This document shows positions 25,173-35,153 of a stretch of DNA of 64,000 bases, one piece after another. The first letter of the stretch is position 1. Every line of letters begins with the position of its first letter. Where the stretch lies: the NCBI GenBank assembly GCA_045654485.1, contig JAZONN010000005.1, positions 2,105 through 66,104 of the forward strand. The letters run 5' to 3'. This DNA comes from Candidatus Enterousia sp. (GTDB lineage Bacteria > Pseudomonadota > Alphaproteobacteria > Rs-D84). The translations under genes were made by a program, and so were the position numbers. Below the pieces are notes generated by a model. The model had not been told where the DNA came from. It did no database searches and saw nothing but the letters and a program-made list of their open reading frames with translations.

Positions 25173-26084
25173 TTAACTCTTGGCACGTGGGTGTGCGTGT
25201 GCGTATATGTTGGAAATTTCCGCCATATTTACTTTGGTGTATAACTGGGTTGTGGACAATGATGAATGTCCCAATAGTTCTTGCAAACTACGTAAATCGG
25301 CACCGCCGGCCAACAATGCGGTTGCAAATGTGTGGCGTAATGCGTGTGGCGTGACATAGTCGGGCAATTGCAACCAATGTCTTAAATTTTCTACAACTTT
25401 CTCGGCCATACGTGCCGACATTGGCAACCCGCGTACGCTGCGAAATAATTCGTCATCGGCATCGTTTCCAAATGGGCGCAGTTTAATATATTTATCAATT
25501 GCGTCCCAAACAATTGGCAGAACCGGCACCAATCTTTCTTTGTTTCCTTTGCCGACAATGTTTAATACTTCGGGGTGGCCTTGGATATTGCGGTTGGTTA
25601 ATCCCAATGCTTCGGATATTCGCAGTCCGCATCCAAACAATAATACCACCAACGCCCAATCACGTGCCGCAATCCACGGTTCTGCTGAATCTATACTATC
25701 GATTGCGTCACGCATATTTTTGACATCTATTGCATCGATTGCTTTGGATAATTTTCGTGGTACTTTTGGTGAAGATATTAATCCTATGGCTTCGTTTTTT
25801 ATGCCGTATTTTTTTGTTAAATACTTAAAAAATCCACGTACAGATGATAATGTTCGTGCGGTTGATTTGTGCGCTAATCCACGTCTTTGTTGGTCGGCCA
25901 AAAAAGATCGAAAGAATATCGTGTCCAAACGCGCCATATCTTTCAGGGATGGTGTTGCGCCGGAAAATTTTACATAAAATTTCAAAAAATCTGAAATGTC
26001 ACGTTCGTATGCCGTTGCGGTGTGTTCCGAATAGTGCTTCGTTTGTTTCAAGTAATTTATAAAATCCGCAACGGCATCATTCAT
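25173..26084 (-). CDS. Site-specific tyrosine recombinase, XerC/XerD family
   Basis: N-terminal core-binding domain (FINYLKQTKHYSEHTATAYERDISDF). Catalytic region has the R...HxxR...Y signature (PHALRHTFATALLAGGADLRSLQELLGHSSLSTTQLYTKV). Confidence 0.9.
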   Translation of the reverse strand: MNDAVADFINYLKQTKHYSEHTATAYERDISDFLKFYVKFSGATPSLKDMARLDTIFFRSFLADQQRRGLAHKSTARTLSSVRGFFKYLTKKYGIKNEAIGLISSPKVPRKLSKAIDAIDVKNMRDAIDSIDSAEPWIAARDWALVVLLFGCGLRISEALGLTNRNIQGHPEVLNIVGKGNKERLVPVLPIVWDAIDKYIKLRPFGNDADDELFRSVRGLPMSARMAEKVVENLRHWLQLPDYVTPHALRHTFATALLAGGADLRSLQELLGHSSLSTTQLYTKVNMAEISNIYAHAHPRAKS

Positions 26085-26092
26085 ACGTGGCC

Positions 26093-26830
26093 TTATTTTA
26101 TTTCAAATATTGCGTTTACACTTACTGTTATATCCGTGTCCTTACTAACGATTGTGCCGGTTGTATCAAAGTTGCCTGCACTAAATGATGTTGCCTTGGC
26201 CATACGCAATGTTGGATATGCTGTATCAATGTCATAACCGTTATTCGTTCCATATGATATAGATAATAATTTGCCCGCCGTCTTGCCGTCGCCTGCGACC
26301 AAGGCGTCCGCACGTACACGTGCATTTTCAACCGCCGCCGCCATACATTCTTCCATAATTGGTTTTAATGTTTGTGCGCTGGTGTACATACGCAGATTTT
26401 CTGAAAATACATTTTTTTGTCCTGCGAATTTTGCCAACACGGTTTCAATTGTTGTTATTGTATCAGCGGACACTTCGACGGCGACATTTGTTTCAATGCC
26501 TAAAAAATCTGTTTTTTGTGTTTCACGATTCCATTCGTTTTTTTCGAATGAATTAAATTGAGTTGTTTGAACTTCAACCGGCTGTGTTTTTAAGTATGCG
26601 ACAATGTTTGCCATTTGTGCGGTTGCATCACGCATAGAATCCGCCGCATTTTGTGCCAAAGTTGTCACACGCAAAGTAATTGCTATTTTATCTTTTGGGG
26701 CGGTGGTTAAACATTCTCCAACAACAGAAACTGTCTTGGTGGGTGTTGGTTTTCTTAAGGTATCAAAACCCAACGACATAACCGCTGCCGCACCAATAAC
26801 TGTTCCGATCCAAATAAAGGTTTTTTTCAT
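26093..26830 (-). CDS. Periplasmic SIMPL-domain (DUF541, BP26/Omp28-like) protein
   Basis: Signal/TM at the N-terminus. The overall pattern and C-terminal ...ITVSVNAIFEIK resemble Brucella BP26 (...VSVNVVFEIK). Confidence 0.75.
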   Translation of the reverse strand: MKKTFIWIGTVIGAAAVMSLGFDTLRKPTPTKTVSVVGECLTTAPKDKIAITLRVTTLAQNAADSMRDATAQMANIVAYLKTQPVEVQTTQFNSFEKNEWNRETQKTDFLGIETNVAVEVSADTITTIETVLAKFAGQKNVFSENLRMYTSAQTLKPIMEECMAAAVENARVRADALVAGDGKTAGKLLSISYGTNNGYDIDTAYPTLRMAKATSFSAGNFDTTGTIVSKDTDITVSVNAIFEIK

Positions 26831-26849
26831 CGTCTCTCTCCTAATTTAT

Positions 26850-27842
26850 TTATCCCAATACCGCTTTTTTTACACGTGTCATCATGCGATCTGCGATTTT
26901 ACGTGCCAATGCTGCGCCGTTATCCAATACCGCATCAATTTCGTGTTTGTTTGCCATTAATCGTTCGTATTCCGCACGTACGGCGCCCAAAGATGCGTTA
27001 ATTTTTTCAAACAGTATCGTTTTTGCCGTACCATATCCCATGCCCCCACGTCGAAACATATCTGCAAATTCTGCGATTTCTGCATCTGTTGCAAAGTGTT
27101 TGTACAAATGGAAGATTGTAGATTCTTCTGGGTCCTTTGATTCTTCTGGTGTTTTAGAATCCGTAATGATACGCATAATCTTCTTTTTTAATTCTTTTTC
27201 TGGCGCCATCAAAGGAATGGTGTTGTCGTACGATTTACTCATTTTTCGGCCGTCCAAACCCGGAATAAGACCTGTTTCTTTGCCGATAACCGGTTCAGGC
27301 ATTTTAAATGTTGTGCCATAAATATTGTTAAAGTATCCTGCGATGTCACGTGCGAATTCCACGTGTTGTTTTTGGTCTGCACCAACCGGCACGATATCTG
27401 CACCATACAATAAAATATCTGCCGACATTAAAATCGGATATGTATATAGTCCCATATTAACCCCCGCATCAACATCTGTACCATTTGCGATATTTTTATC
27501 CATTGCGGCTTTGTATGAATGCGCGCGGTTCATTAAACCTTTGGGTGTGACGTTCATCAGTATAGTGTTTAATTGATATATTTGTTCTATATCCGATTGA
27601 CGGAACAGCAGGGTGTTATTCAAATCAATACCCAACGCCATCATAATTGCGGCGGCTTGATATGTATGTTCACGGATTACTTTTGGGTCGTATATAGTAT
27701 TTAACGCATGCAAGTCGGCGATAAACATAATTGATTTCTGTGTTTTTGATGATTCAATCATTGGTTTTAGTGCGCCGATATAGTTTCCTAAATGTGGCAT
27801 ACCGGTTGGTTTGATTCCAGTCAAAACAATTTTATCTGTCAT
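26850..27842 (-). CDS. trpS: Tryptophan--tRNA ligase
   Basis: Class I signatures GIKPTGMPHLGNYIGA (HIGH-like) and KMSKS (GRKMSKS). Size of 330 aa fits. Confidence 0.95.
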   Translation of the reverse strand: MTDKIVLTGIKPTGMPHLGNYIGALKPMIESSKTQKSIMFIADLHALNTIYDPKVIREHTYQAAAIMMALGIDLNNTLLFRQSDIEQIYQLNTILMNVTPKGLMNRAHSYKAAMDKNIANGTDVDAGVNMGLYTYPILMSADILLYGADIVPVGADQKQHVEFARDIAGYFNNIYGTTFKMPEPVIGKETGLIPGLDGRKMSKSYDNTIPLMAPEKELKKKIMRIITDSKTPEESKDPEESTIFHLYKHFATDAEIAEFADMFRRGGMGYGTAKTILFEKINASLGAVRAEYERLMANKHEIDAVLDNGAALARKIADRMMTRVKKAVLG

Positions 27843-28026
27843 AATTATTTACCTTTTCTGTGTTGTATTTTAATAATTTTATCTAAGAAATGAAAGACCA
27901 AATTTTAACGACGCCGGGTCTGGGCGCACAAAGCAGTCTAGGCGGCGGTGCGCCAATAATTTAATTCAGAAAAGATTTTAAAAAACTTACACATCTCAAC
28001 TATTATACAACGTTTGCAAATTAAGT

Positions 28027-28051
28027 CAAACGAAAACCCGCCGATTGGCGG
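28027..28051 (-). terminator. Intrinsic terminator after infB
   Basis: The minus strand reads CCCGCCaatcGGCGGGttttcgttt. Confidence 0.75.
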
Positions 28052-28057
28052 GTGTGT

Positions 28058-30469
28058 TTATATTTGCGCACGAACTTCTTCTACTTCATAGCATTCGACA
28101 CGGTCGCCTTCTTTTAAATCGTTATATTTATCAAACGACATACCAAATTCAACCCCACCGGATACTTCTTTTACTTCGTTCTTTTCGCGACGTAACTGTC
28201 CGATTTTACCATCGTAAATAACAACGTTGTTGCGCAACAAGCGTACAAAGGCATCTTTTTTGATTGCGCCTTCGGTCATACGACAACCCGCCACACGTAA
28301 TCCTTTGCCAACGGTAAATAATGCGATAACATCGGCATATCCAATAAAGTTTTCTTTTCTTTCTGGTGCCAATTTACCGGACAAGATTTCTTTGATTTCG
28401 TCTGTGATACGATATACAACACTGTGGTATCTGATGTCGACACCGTTGCTGCGTGCCATATCACGAACGACCGAATCCGCACGTACATTAAATGCGATAA
28501 TGACGGCGCCCGATGCAGTTGCCAAACGGATATCGCCTTCGGTAATCTGGCCAACACCTGCGGACAAGATATCTACACCAACTTTATCTGTGTTAATATC
28601 CTTTATCATATCGCTAATCGCTTCGACCGAGCCCTGTACATCTGCGCGCAATACGACCGGCAAGATTAATTTTTTGCCTTCATCGCGTTTTGCGAACAAT
28701 TCTTCCAAGCTGGAACGTTTAACCGCATTTGCTTTGTCTTTTGCTTTCTGTGCGCGATATGCGGCAACTTCACGTGTTTGTGCTTCTGTTTCCATTACGC
28801 GTAATTCGTCACCTGCACTTGGAACGGTGTTCAATCCCAATACAACAACGGGTTGCCCTGGTTTAACGGACTTTACGCGTTCGCCGGCAGAATTTATCAA
28901 ACCACGTACGCGACCAAAAGTTTCGCCAACAACGAATACGTCACCGATTTTCAATGTACCTTGACGCATTAACACGGTTGCAACTGCACCCAATCCTTTT
29001 TCTTGTTTTGCTTCGACGACATATGCGACGGCAGGCATTTCTGGGTCTGCTTTTAATTCCATCATTTCTGCCTGTAACAAGATTGCTTCTTCCAATTTGT
29101 CCAGACCGATTTTTTTTGTTGCAGAAATTTCAACGCATTGTACATCACCACCCATTTCTTCGACTTGTACTTCTTGTTGTAACAAATCGGTTTTTACACG
29201 CATTGGGTTTGCTTCTGGCAAATCGATTTTGTTGATTGCGACAATAAAAGGAACCTTTGCGGCGCGAATATGGTTAATCGCTTCGATTGTCTGTGGCATA
29301 ATTGAATCATTTGCCGCCACAACCAATACAACGATATCTGCCATTTGTGCACCACGTGCACGCATTGCGGTAAATGTTTCGTGTCCCGGCGTATCCAAGA
29401 ATGTAATCATTTCACCCGATGGTGTCTTAACTTCGTACGAAGATACGTGCTGGGTAATGCCACCGGCTTCACCTGCGGCAACGTTTGCGTTACGAAATGC
29501 GTCCAACAAAGAAGTTTTACCATGGTCAACGTGACCTACGACGGTAACAACCGGCGCACGTGGGGCCAATTTTTCTGGATTTGGTCCACGTTCCAATTGG
29601 TCGGCGTATGGTTTGACGTCAACACGTTTAACGGTTGCGCCAAATTCGGTTGCAATCAATTCTGCGGTATCTGCATCAATAGATTGATTGACCGAAGCCA
29701 TCATACCCATTTCCATCAATTTTTTAATAACATTACCGACTTTTTCTGCCATTGCTGCGGCCAAATCTTTGACGGTAATAGTGTCGCCTAATGTGACAAC
29801 ATGTTCCACTTTTTGTGGGGCTGAAAACACAGCACGTGCTTTTTCACGAAAACGTTTTAGCGATGCTTCCGATCTGCGGCGATTTGCGCCACGCAATCCG
29901 ATTTCATCATCGTCATCACCATCGCCACCCATAACGATATCGTGTAAATGGATTTTTCCGGACTTTTTAAAGTCCTTTTTATTTGCAAATTTATTTGCAC
30001 GCACGTCGTCTTCGTCGTTGTTTCGACCTTTGCGACTTGCGCCGGCAACAGCATTGTTGGTAAATGTTTTTTGTGCCGGAGCAGGTTTGTTGTTACGTGT
30101 TGGTTGGCTTTTTTCTTCGGCAACTTCATTGGCGCTGTTGTTTGCGTTTTCACGTGCCGCCAATTGTTCACGCACTTGTTCATATTCACGTGTTTCACGT
30201 TCGATTTCTGCGGCACGTGCGGCACGTGCTGCCTCTTCGGCTGCTTCACGTTGCTTACGTTCTTCTTCACGTGCCTTTGCGGCTGCCAACACCGCGCGCA
30301 GTTTTTCATCTGCGGCATTTTTTGGTGTGGCCGGTGTGCTTGGTTCGTCCCTTAATTCTTTGTTGCCGGGGGCGATGACGCGTCTGCGTCTTTCAACGAA
30401 TACTGCGTCGCCTTTTTTGCTGCGCACCGCATCGGTTGTAACAGATTTTCCCAGTGTCAATGTTGCCAT
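28058..30469 (-). CDS. infB: Translation initiation factor IF-2
   Basis: G-domain motifs VVTVVGHVDHGKTSLLD, DTPGH and NKID. Charged low-complexity N-terminus. Follows nusA. Confidence 0.97.
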   Translation of the reverse strand: MATLTLGKSVTTDAVRSKKGDAVFVERRRRVIAPGNKELRDEPSTPATPKNAADEKLRAVLAAAKAREEERKQREAAEEAARAARAAEIERETREYEQVREQLAARENANNSANEVAEEKSQPTRNNKPAPAQKTFTNNAVAGASRKGRNNDEDDVRANKFANKKDFKKSGKIHLHDIVMGGDGDDDDEIGLRGANRRRSEASLKRFREKARAVFSAPQKVEHVVTLGDTITVKDLAAAMAEKVGNVIKKLMEMGMMASVNQSIDADTAELIATEFGATVKRVDVKPYADQLERGPNPEKLAPRAPVVTVVGHVDHGKTSLLDAFRNANVAAGEAGGITQHVSSYEVKTPSGEMITFLDTPGHETFTAMRARGAQMADIVVLVVAANDSIMPQTIEAINHIRAAKVPFIVAINKIDLPEANPMRVKTDLLQQEVQVEEMGGDVQCVEISATKKIGLDKLEEAILLQAEMMELKADPEMPAVAYVVEAKQEKGLGAVATVLMRQGTLKIGDVFVVGETFGRVRGLINSAGERVKSVKPGQPVVVLGLNTVPSAGDELRVMETEAQTREVAAYRAQKAKDKANAVKRSSLEELFAKRDEGKKLILPVVLRADVQGSVEAISDMIKDINTDKVGVDILSAGVGQITEGDIRLATASGAVIIAFNVRADSVVRDMARSNGVDIRYHSVVYRITDEIKEILSGKLAPERKENFIGYADVIALFTVGKGLRVAGCRMTEGAIKKDAFVRLLRNNVVIYDGKIGQLRREKNEVKEVSGGVEFGMSFDKYNDLKEGDRVECYEVEEVRAQI

Positions 30470-30505
30470 ATATTTTCACTCCGTTTATATTGGTCGGACA
30501 GATGA

Positions 30506-32044
30506 TTATTCATTGTCCTGTTTAATATCGTATGCCAATTCGCGCGCTTTCATAATGATGCGTCCGGCCAAGCGGCTTGACATATTGTCTTCGCCCAAAA
30601 TTTCAACCAATTCATCTGTCGCCAAATCAGCCAAATCTTCCAAAGATTTAATGCCTGCTTCACCCAGTTTCATAATTGTTGGACGTTTAATAAAGTCAAA
30701 TTTCAACAAATCATCGGACATACCAATTTTGTGGCCGTTATCCAAATAGTCCTGTTCGACTTTACCCAAATAATCTTTTGCGCGTTTTTGTAATTCTGCG
30801 GCCAATTCTGGGTTGAACCCTTCGACGGCTTCTAATTCTGCCACATCTACGAATGCGATTTCTTCGATTGTGCGGAATCCTTCTGTAATCAGCAATTGTG
30901 CAATCATTTCATCAACGTCCAATCCGCCAATGAACAATTCAGTTTTTTCTTTGAATTCTTTTGCGCGTCTTTCTTGTTCTTCAACTTCGTTCATAACGTC
31001 GATATTCCAACCGGTCAATTGTGAAGCCAAACGAACGTTTTGACCGCGACGACCAATTGCCAAAGATTGTTGATCTTCGTTAACGACAACGGCGGCGCTG
31101 CGTGTATCTTCATCAACGATGATTTTTGCAACTTTTGCCGGCTGCATAGCGTTAACAATGAACACCGCAGGGTCTTCAGAATACAAAATAACATCGATTT
31201 TTTCGCCGTGGCATTCATTGATAACCGGTTGAATACGTGTACCTTTGATACCAACGGTCATACCAACTGCATCAATAGATGGGTCTTGTGTTTCGACGGC
31301 GATTTTTGCGTGTGAACCCGGTGCACGTGCCACGGATTTGATTTTGATAACGCCTTCATAAATTTCTGGTACTTCTTGAACGAACAGTTTTTCCATGAAC
31401 ATTGGGTGTGTACGTGTCAAGAAAATCTGTGGACCTGTGTTTGAACGGGCGACGTCCATAATCAAAGCGCGCACACGGTCGCCAACGGCCAATCTTTCGC
31501 CTGGGATTAATTCTGTACCTTTGATGTAACCTTCGGCTTTGCCGTTGATATCTACGAATACGTTGCCAAATTCGATACGTTTTACAACACCACTAACGAT
31601 ATCGCCGATATTGTCTTTGAATTCTTCGAATTGACGGCCTTTTTCTGCGTCACGAACGCGTGCGGTCATCATTTGTTTTGCGGTTTGGAACGCCATACGT
31701 CCGAATTCAGGTTCGGGCAGGGCGTCTTCCACCACATCGCCAACAGATGGGTTTTTTGCATATTTTTTTGCCTGTGCGACTGTCAACATAGTATTTGGGT
31801 CGTAATCTTCACCTGCATCTTCTGGTGAACTGATGACGTCGAATAAACGCTTAACATAGATTGCGCCATTTCTGCGGTCGATTGTTGCAGTAATATTAAA
31901 TTCTTCGCCGTATTTATGTTTTGCGATTTTTGCGATTGCAGCTTCTAATGACTCTACAACGACTTCACGGTCGATTTGTTTTTCTTGGGCCAAAGAATCG
32001 ATTGCTAACAATAAATCCTGACGTGGCATAGATACAAAAGACAT
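30506..32044 (-). CDS. nusA: Transcription termination/antitermination factor NusA
   Basis: N-terminal domain, S1 and KH domains and C-terminal acidic repeats. Preceded by the SD gaaggag. Confidence 0.96.
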   Translation of the reverse strand: MSFVSMPRQDLLLAIDSLAQEKQIDREVVVESLEAAIAKIAKHKYGEEFNITATIDRRNGAIYVKRLFDVISSPEDAGEDYDPNTMLTVAQAKKYAKNPSVGDVVEDALPEPEFGRMAFQTAKQMMTARVRDAEKGRQFEEFKDNIGDIVSGVVKRIEFGNVFVDINGKAEGYIKGTELIPGERLAVGDRVRALIMDVARSNTGPQIFLTRTHPMFMEKLFVQEVPEIYEGVIKIKSVARAPGSHAKIAVETQDPSIDAVGMTVGIKGTRIQPVINECHGEKIDVILYSEDPAVFIVNAMQPAKVAKIIVDEDTRSAAVVVNEDQQSLAIGRRGQNVRLASQLTGWNIDVMNEVEEQERRAKEFKEKTELFIGGLDVDEMIAQLLITEGFRTIEEIAFVDVAELEAVEGFNPELAAELQKRAKDYLGKVEQDYLDNGHKIGMSDDLLKFDFIKRPTIMKLGEAGIKSLEDLADLATDELVEILGEDNMSSRLAGRIIMKARELAYDIKQDNE

Positions 32045-32077
32045 TTATATACTCCTTCGCGTTTATTACATGTCTTA

Positions 32078-32107
32078 CCGAAAGGGCGGGGTTTTTCAAC
32101 CCCGCCC
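32078..32107 (-). promoter_or_regulatory. GC-rich 10-bp hairpin with weak U-tract in the nusA 5' UTR (possible attenuator)
   Basis: The minus strand reads GGGCGGGGTTgaaaAACCCCGCCCtttcgg. It lies between the putative promoter (TTGCTT-N16-TATAAT, 32162-32135) and the nusA SD. Confidence 0.5.
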
Positions 32108-32224
32108 CCAAAATTACTTCTAAGAACACCATGTATTATAAATACGATTCGGCAAAAAGCAAGGCAAAAATACATTTATAAAAATGTGGCGGACTGATTT
32201 TTTTTAATTTATAATCACGGGGCT

Positions 32225-33268
32225 ATGATAAACATTATAAAGAATTTGTTCATGCCGGCGGCAAATAAAACAACAGCCGGCGCATTGGCGGCCAAATTTG
32301 GTCTGGAATTACGTGGCGATGCAAATGCGCCTGTACGTGGTGTGGCACCAATTGCGGATGCCCGTGCGGGTCAATTGGCGTTTTATTCCACAGAACAAAA
32401 CAGCAACGCTTTCAAGATTTTACCTATCGAAGTTTTGCAAAAAACCCGTGCAACGGTTATTTTGGTTCAACCTGAAATGGCGCATCACGCACCGGCTGGC
32501 GCAACCTTGCTAATAACCGACAGTCCACGTGGTAATATTGTTAAAATCTTGGGCGAAATTTATCGTGAAAAACCTCGCTATGGGATAAGTAAAAATGCCC
32601 ATATCGATCGTGGTGTATTTTTTCGCAAGAAACGCACCAACTATGTTGCGCAATTTGCGACGATTGAACGTGGGGCGGTGATTGAACCTGATGTCAAGAT
32701 TTATCCATATGCCTATATTGGTCGCAACGTGGTGTTGGGGCGTGGTACGGTGGTGCATAGTGGTGCGCACATTGAAAATGCGACGATTGGTGCGGATTCT
32801 GTTATAAATTCTGGTGCGGTTATTGGTAAAGATGGTTTTGGTTATACCCGTCAAGATGGCAAAAATGTATTTATCCCGCACGTTGGCCGTGTCGTATTGG
32901 GGGAACGTGTATCGGTTGGTGCGAACAGTTGTATTGACCGTGGTGCTATGACCGACACCCGTGTTGGCGATGGTACCAAGATTGATAATTTGTGCCAAAT
33001 TGCACATGGTGTTGTTATTGGTAACGAATGTTTCTTGGCCAGTGGCGTTGGTATTGCCGGCGGCGTTGTTGTCGGTGACAGGGTTTTATTGGGCGGCCAT
33101 GTTGGGGTCGCCAATGGTGTCAAGATTGGCGATGATGCGTCTGTTGGTGCGAACAGTGGTGTGTTCCGTAATATACCTGCGGGTGAAAGTCATATGGGAT
33201 ACCCTGCCGGCCCCGGTACAGAATTCATGCGTCACTATGCATGGTTGCGTAAAAATGCCAAGAAATAG
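32225..33268 (+). CDS. lpxD: UDP-3-O-acylglucosamine N-acyltransferase LpxD
   Basis: N-terminal LpxD domain (LAAKFGLELRGDANAPVRGVAPIADARAGQLAF) and left-handed beta-helix hexapeptide repeats. An alternative start is ATG 32252. Confidence 0.92.
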   Translation: MINIIKNLFMPAANKTTAGALAAKFGLELRGDANAPVRGVAPIADARAGQLAFYSTEQNSNAFKILPIEVLQKTRATVILVQPEMAHHAPAGATLLITDSPRGNIVKILGEIYREKPRYGISKNAHIDRGVFFRKKRTNYVAQFATIERGAVIEPDVKIYPYAYIGRNVVLGRGTVVHSGAHIENATIGADSVINSGAVIGKDGFGYTRQDGKNVFIPHVGRVVLGERVSVGANSCIDRGAMTDTRVGDGTKIDNLCQIAHGVVIGNECFLASGVGIAGGVVVGDRVLLGGHVGVANGVKIGDDASVGANSGVFRNIPAGESHMGYPAGPGTEFMRHYAWLRKNAKK

Positions 33269-33320
33269 TTCCCTATAAATATGTCCAAATATATTAAATA
33301 AAAAGTACAAGGAAAGGAAT

Positions 33321-33767
33321 ATGATAGACGCAAAAAAAATTGAAAATGTAATTCCCCATCGTGGTGATATGCGCTTGGTGGATGAAATTCGTGAATATAA
33401 TGATTCCAGTGCGGTTGGCATAAAATACGTTCGTGATGATGAATTTTGGTGTGCCGGCCATTTTCCTGGTGATCCAATTATGCCCGGCGTATTACAGGTC
33501 GAAGCGTTGGCTCAAACGGCATGCTATGTTGCGTTTGCACGTATGACGGATGAAGAACGTGCCGGAATGTTGGGTTACTTTACGACTATGGAAAAAATCA
33601 AGTTTTCGCACATGGTTCGCCCTGGTGATAAATTGGAATTGCATGTTGAATTATTGATGACCAAGATGAAATTGTACAAATTCCATGGTATTGCGTTTGT
33701 TGGTGGCAAAAAAGTTGCCGAAGCAACCTTTACTGCGGTTATTCAACGTGCGGATTCGCGGCAATAA
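33321..33767 (+). CDS. fabZ: 3-hydroxyacyl-ACP dehydratase FabZ
   Basis: IPHRGDMRLVDEI and GHFPGDPIMPGVLQVEALAQ are FabZ hallmarks. Confidence 0.96.
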   Translation: MIDAKKIENVIPHRGDMRLVDEIREYNDSSAVGIKYVRDDEFWCAGHFPGDPIMPGVLQVEALAQTACYVAFARMTDEERAGMLGYFTTMEKIKFSHMVRPGDKLELHVELLMTKMKLYKFHGIAFVGGKKVAEATFTAVIQRADSRQ

Positions 33768-33863
33768 AAAAAGTGCTTGATTTTTGTTTGAAACTTGGCA
33801 TAATTTACGGCGTTCCTGCTGATGACAATGGTGTTGTCGGCTGATTAAACCAAAGGAAATAAA

Positions 33864-34202
33864 ATGGCTTACTATGAAAGCGTCCTGGTATTTCGTCAGG
33901 ACCTGACCGAACCGCAGGTAAAAGAAAAAGCGGCTAAATTCTCTGAAATCATCAAAGAATTGGGCGGTGATGTTAAATCCACAGAATTCTGGGGATTGAA
34001 AAATTTGGCATACATCATCCGTAAAAATCGCAAAGCTCACTATGTTATGTTGAACATTGAAATGGGTGGCGATAAAATTACAGAATTGGAACGTCGTGCG
34101 CGTATTGATGAAGACGTTATCCGTTTCTTGAACGTACGTGTTGACGAATTGGCTTCAACACCTTCTATCATGATGAAAAAGAACACCGAGGAGGCAGAAT
34201 AA
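33864..34202 (+). CDS. rpsF: 30S ribosomal protein S6
   Basis: [21 protein letters not shown]... and rpsF-rpsR-rplI synteny. Confidence 0.96.
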   Translation: MAYYESVLVFRQDLTEPQVKEKAAKFSEIIKELGGDVKSTEFWGLKNLAYIIRKNRKAHYVMLNIEMGGDKITELERRARIDEDVIRFLNVRVDELASTPSIMMKKNTEEAE

Positions 34203-34429
34203 TGGCAGTTCGTGCAGCAATTTATCGTAAAAAATCTAACCCATTAAAGGGCAAGGTTATCGATTACAAAGATACAAAAACATTGTCACACTATATCACA
34301 GAACGTGGTAAAATTGTGCCATCTCGTATCAGTGGCGTTTCCCAGAAAGATCAACGTGCTTTGGCGGTTGCCATCAAACGTGCACGTCATTTGGGTTTGT
34401 TGCCATTTGTTCGTAACAACTTGGGTTAA
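34202..34429 (+). CDS. rpsR: 30S ribosomal protein S18
   Basis: [50 protein letters not shown]. Confidence 0.97.
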   Translation: MAVRAAIYRKKSNPLKGKVIDYKDTKTLSHYITERGKIVPSRISGVSQKDQRALAVAIKRARHLGLLPFVRNNLG

Positions 34430-34475
34430 TAATTTGGGCGTATGCTCTAACTTATAAAAAATAAGGACAGATAAA

Positions 34476-35057
34476 ATGAAAGTTATTTTGACAGAAAAAA
34501 TCACAAAATTGGGTAACATCGGCGATGCAGTCGAAGTTAAAACCGGTTATGCACGTAACTATTTGTTGCCAAATGGCAAAGCGATGCGTTACACACGTGA
34601 AAACATTGCATTGTTCGAAGCGAAAAAAGCAGAATTGACCGCACGTCAAGAAGCCGCTAAGAAAAACGCCGAAGCAAACGTTGACGCGGTACGCAATGCA
34701 AAATTGCATATGATTCGCCAAGCGGGCGATACCGGCCAATTGTATGGTTCTGTATCCACACGTGACGTTGCACGTATGTTGAAAGACGTTGCAAACGTAT
34801 CTGTTGAATCTGCTCAGGTTATGTTGGGTGCACCAATTAAATCTGTTGGTGTATTCGAAACATCTATTGCTTTGCATCCGGATGTTATCGTTCCTGTTAA
34901 AATCTATGTTGCACAATCTCAAGACGAAATTAACGCCTTGGTTGCTGGCAAATCTTTGACTTTTGGCTCTAAAAAAGTAGAAGAAGTCGAAGAAGAAGTT
35001 GCCGAAGCAGCAGAAGAAGCACCAGTTGTCGAAGAAGCAACTGCAGATGCAGAATAA
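34476..35057 (+). CDS. rplI: 50S ribosomal protein L9
   Basis: MKVILTEKITKLGNIGDAVEVKTGYARNYLLPNGKA, with an acidic C-terminal tail. Confidence 0.96.
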   Translation: MKVILTEKITKLGNIGDAVEVKTGYARNYLLPNGKAMRYTRENIALFEAKKAELTARQEAAKKNAEANVDAVRNAKLHMIRQAGDTGQLYGSVSTRDVARMLKDVANVSVESAQVMLGAPIKSVGVFETSIALHPDVIVPVKIYVAQSQDEINALVAGKSLTFGSKKVEEVEEEVAEAAEEAPVVEEATADAE

Positions 35058-35071
35058 TCGATATTCGATAT

Positions 35072-35099
35072 AAAAAATCCCCCGTTTGGGGGATTTTTT
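35072..35099 (+). terminator. Intrinsic terminator after rplI
   Basis: aaaaaATCCCCCgtttGGGGGATttttt. Confidence 0.85.
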
Positions 35100-35123
35100 A
35101 TTTTACTTGTTTCGATATTTAAA

Positions 35124-35150
35124 TAAAAAAACGGGGTGTTGCCCCGTTTT
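35124..35150 (-). terminator. Terminator hairpin after efp (A/T-flanked on both sides)
   Basis: aaaaaaaACGGGGtgttgCCCCGTtttat. Confidence 0.7.
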
Positions 35151-35153
35151 ATA

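Noticed and set aside
25173-26084. The tyrosine recombinase as a prophage or island integrase.
   Set aside because: The sequence has the Xer-type N-terminal domain and size. No phage or mobility genes, tRNA target or direct repeats flank it, so it fits chromosomal XerC/XerD best.
27843-28026. A possible Trp-sensing attenuator upstream of trpS. An 18-codon uORF (MCKFFKIFSELNYWRTAA) has its single Trp codon at the foot of a GGCGCAC...GTGCGCC stem (27922-27953).
   Set aside because: There is only one Trp codon. The uORF ATG lies within ~8 nt of the putative -10 box, so it is probably not in the transcript or lacks an SD. No U-tract terminator follows the stem. The evidence is too weak to call.
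29688-30749. A 353-aa plus-strand ORF spanning the infB/nusA junction, plus other long antisense ORFs (28227-28964, 29097-29534, 29345-29791).
   Set aside because: These are low-complexity Ser/Ala/Arg-rich shadows antisense to the charged N-terminal region of IF-2 and the C-terminus of NusA. They lack translation signals, and the sense genes are unambiguous.
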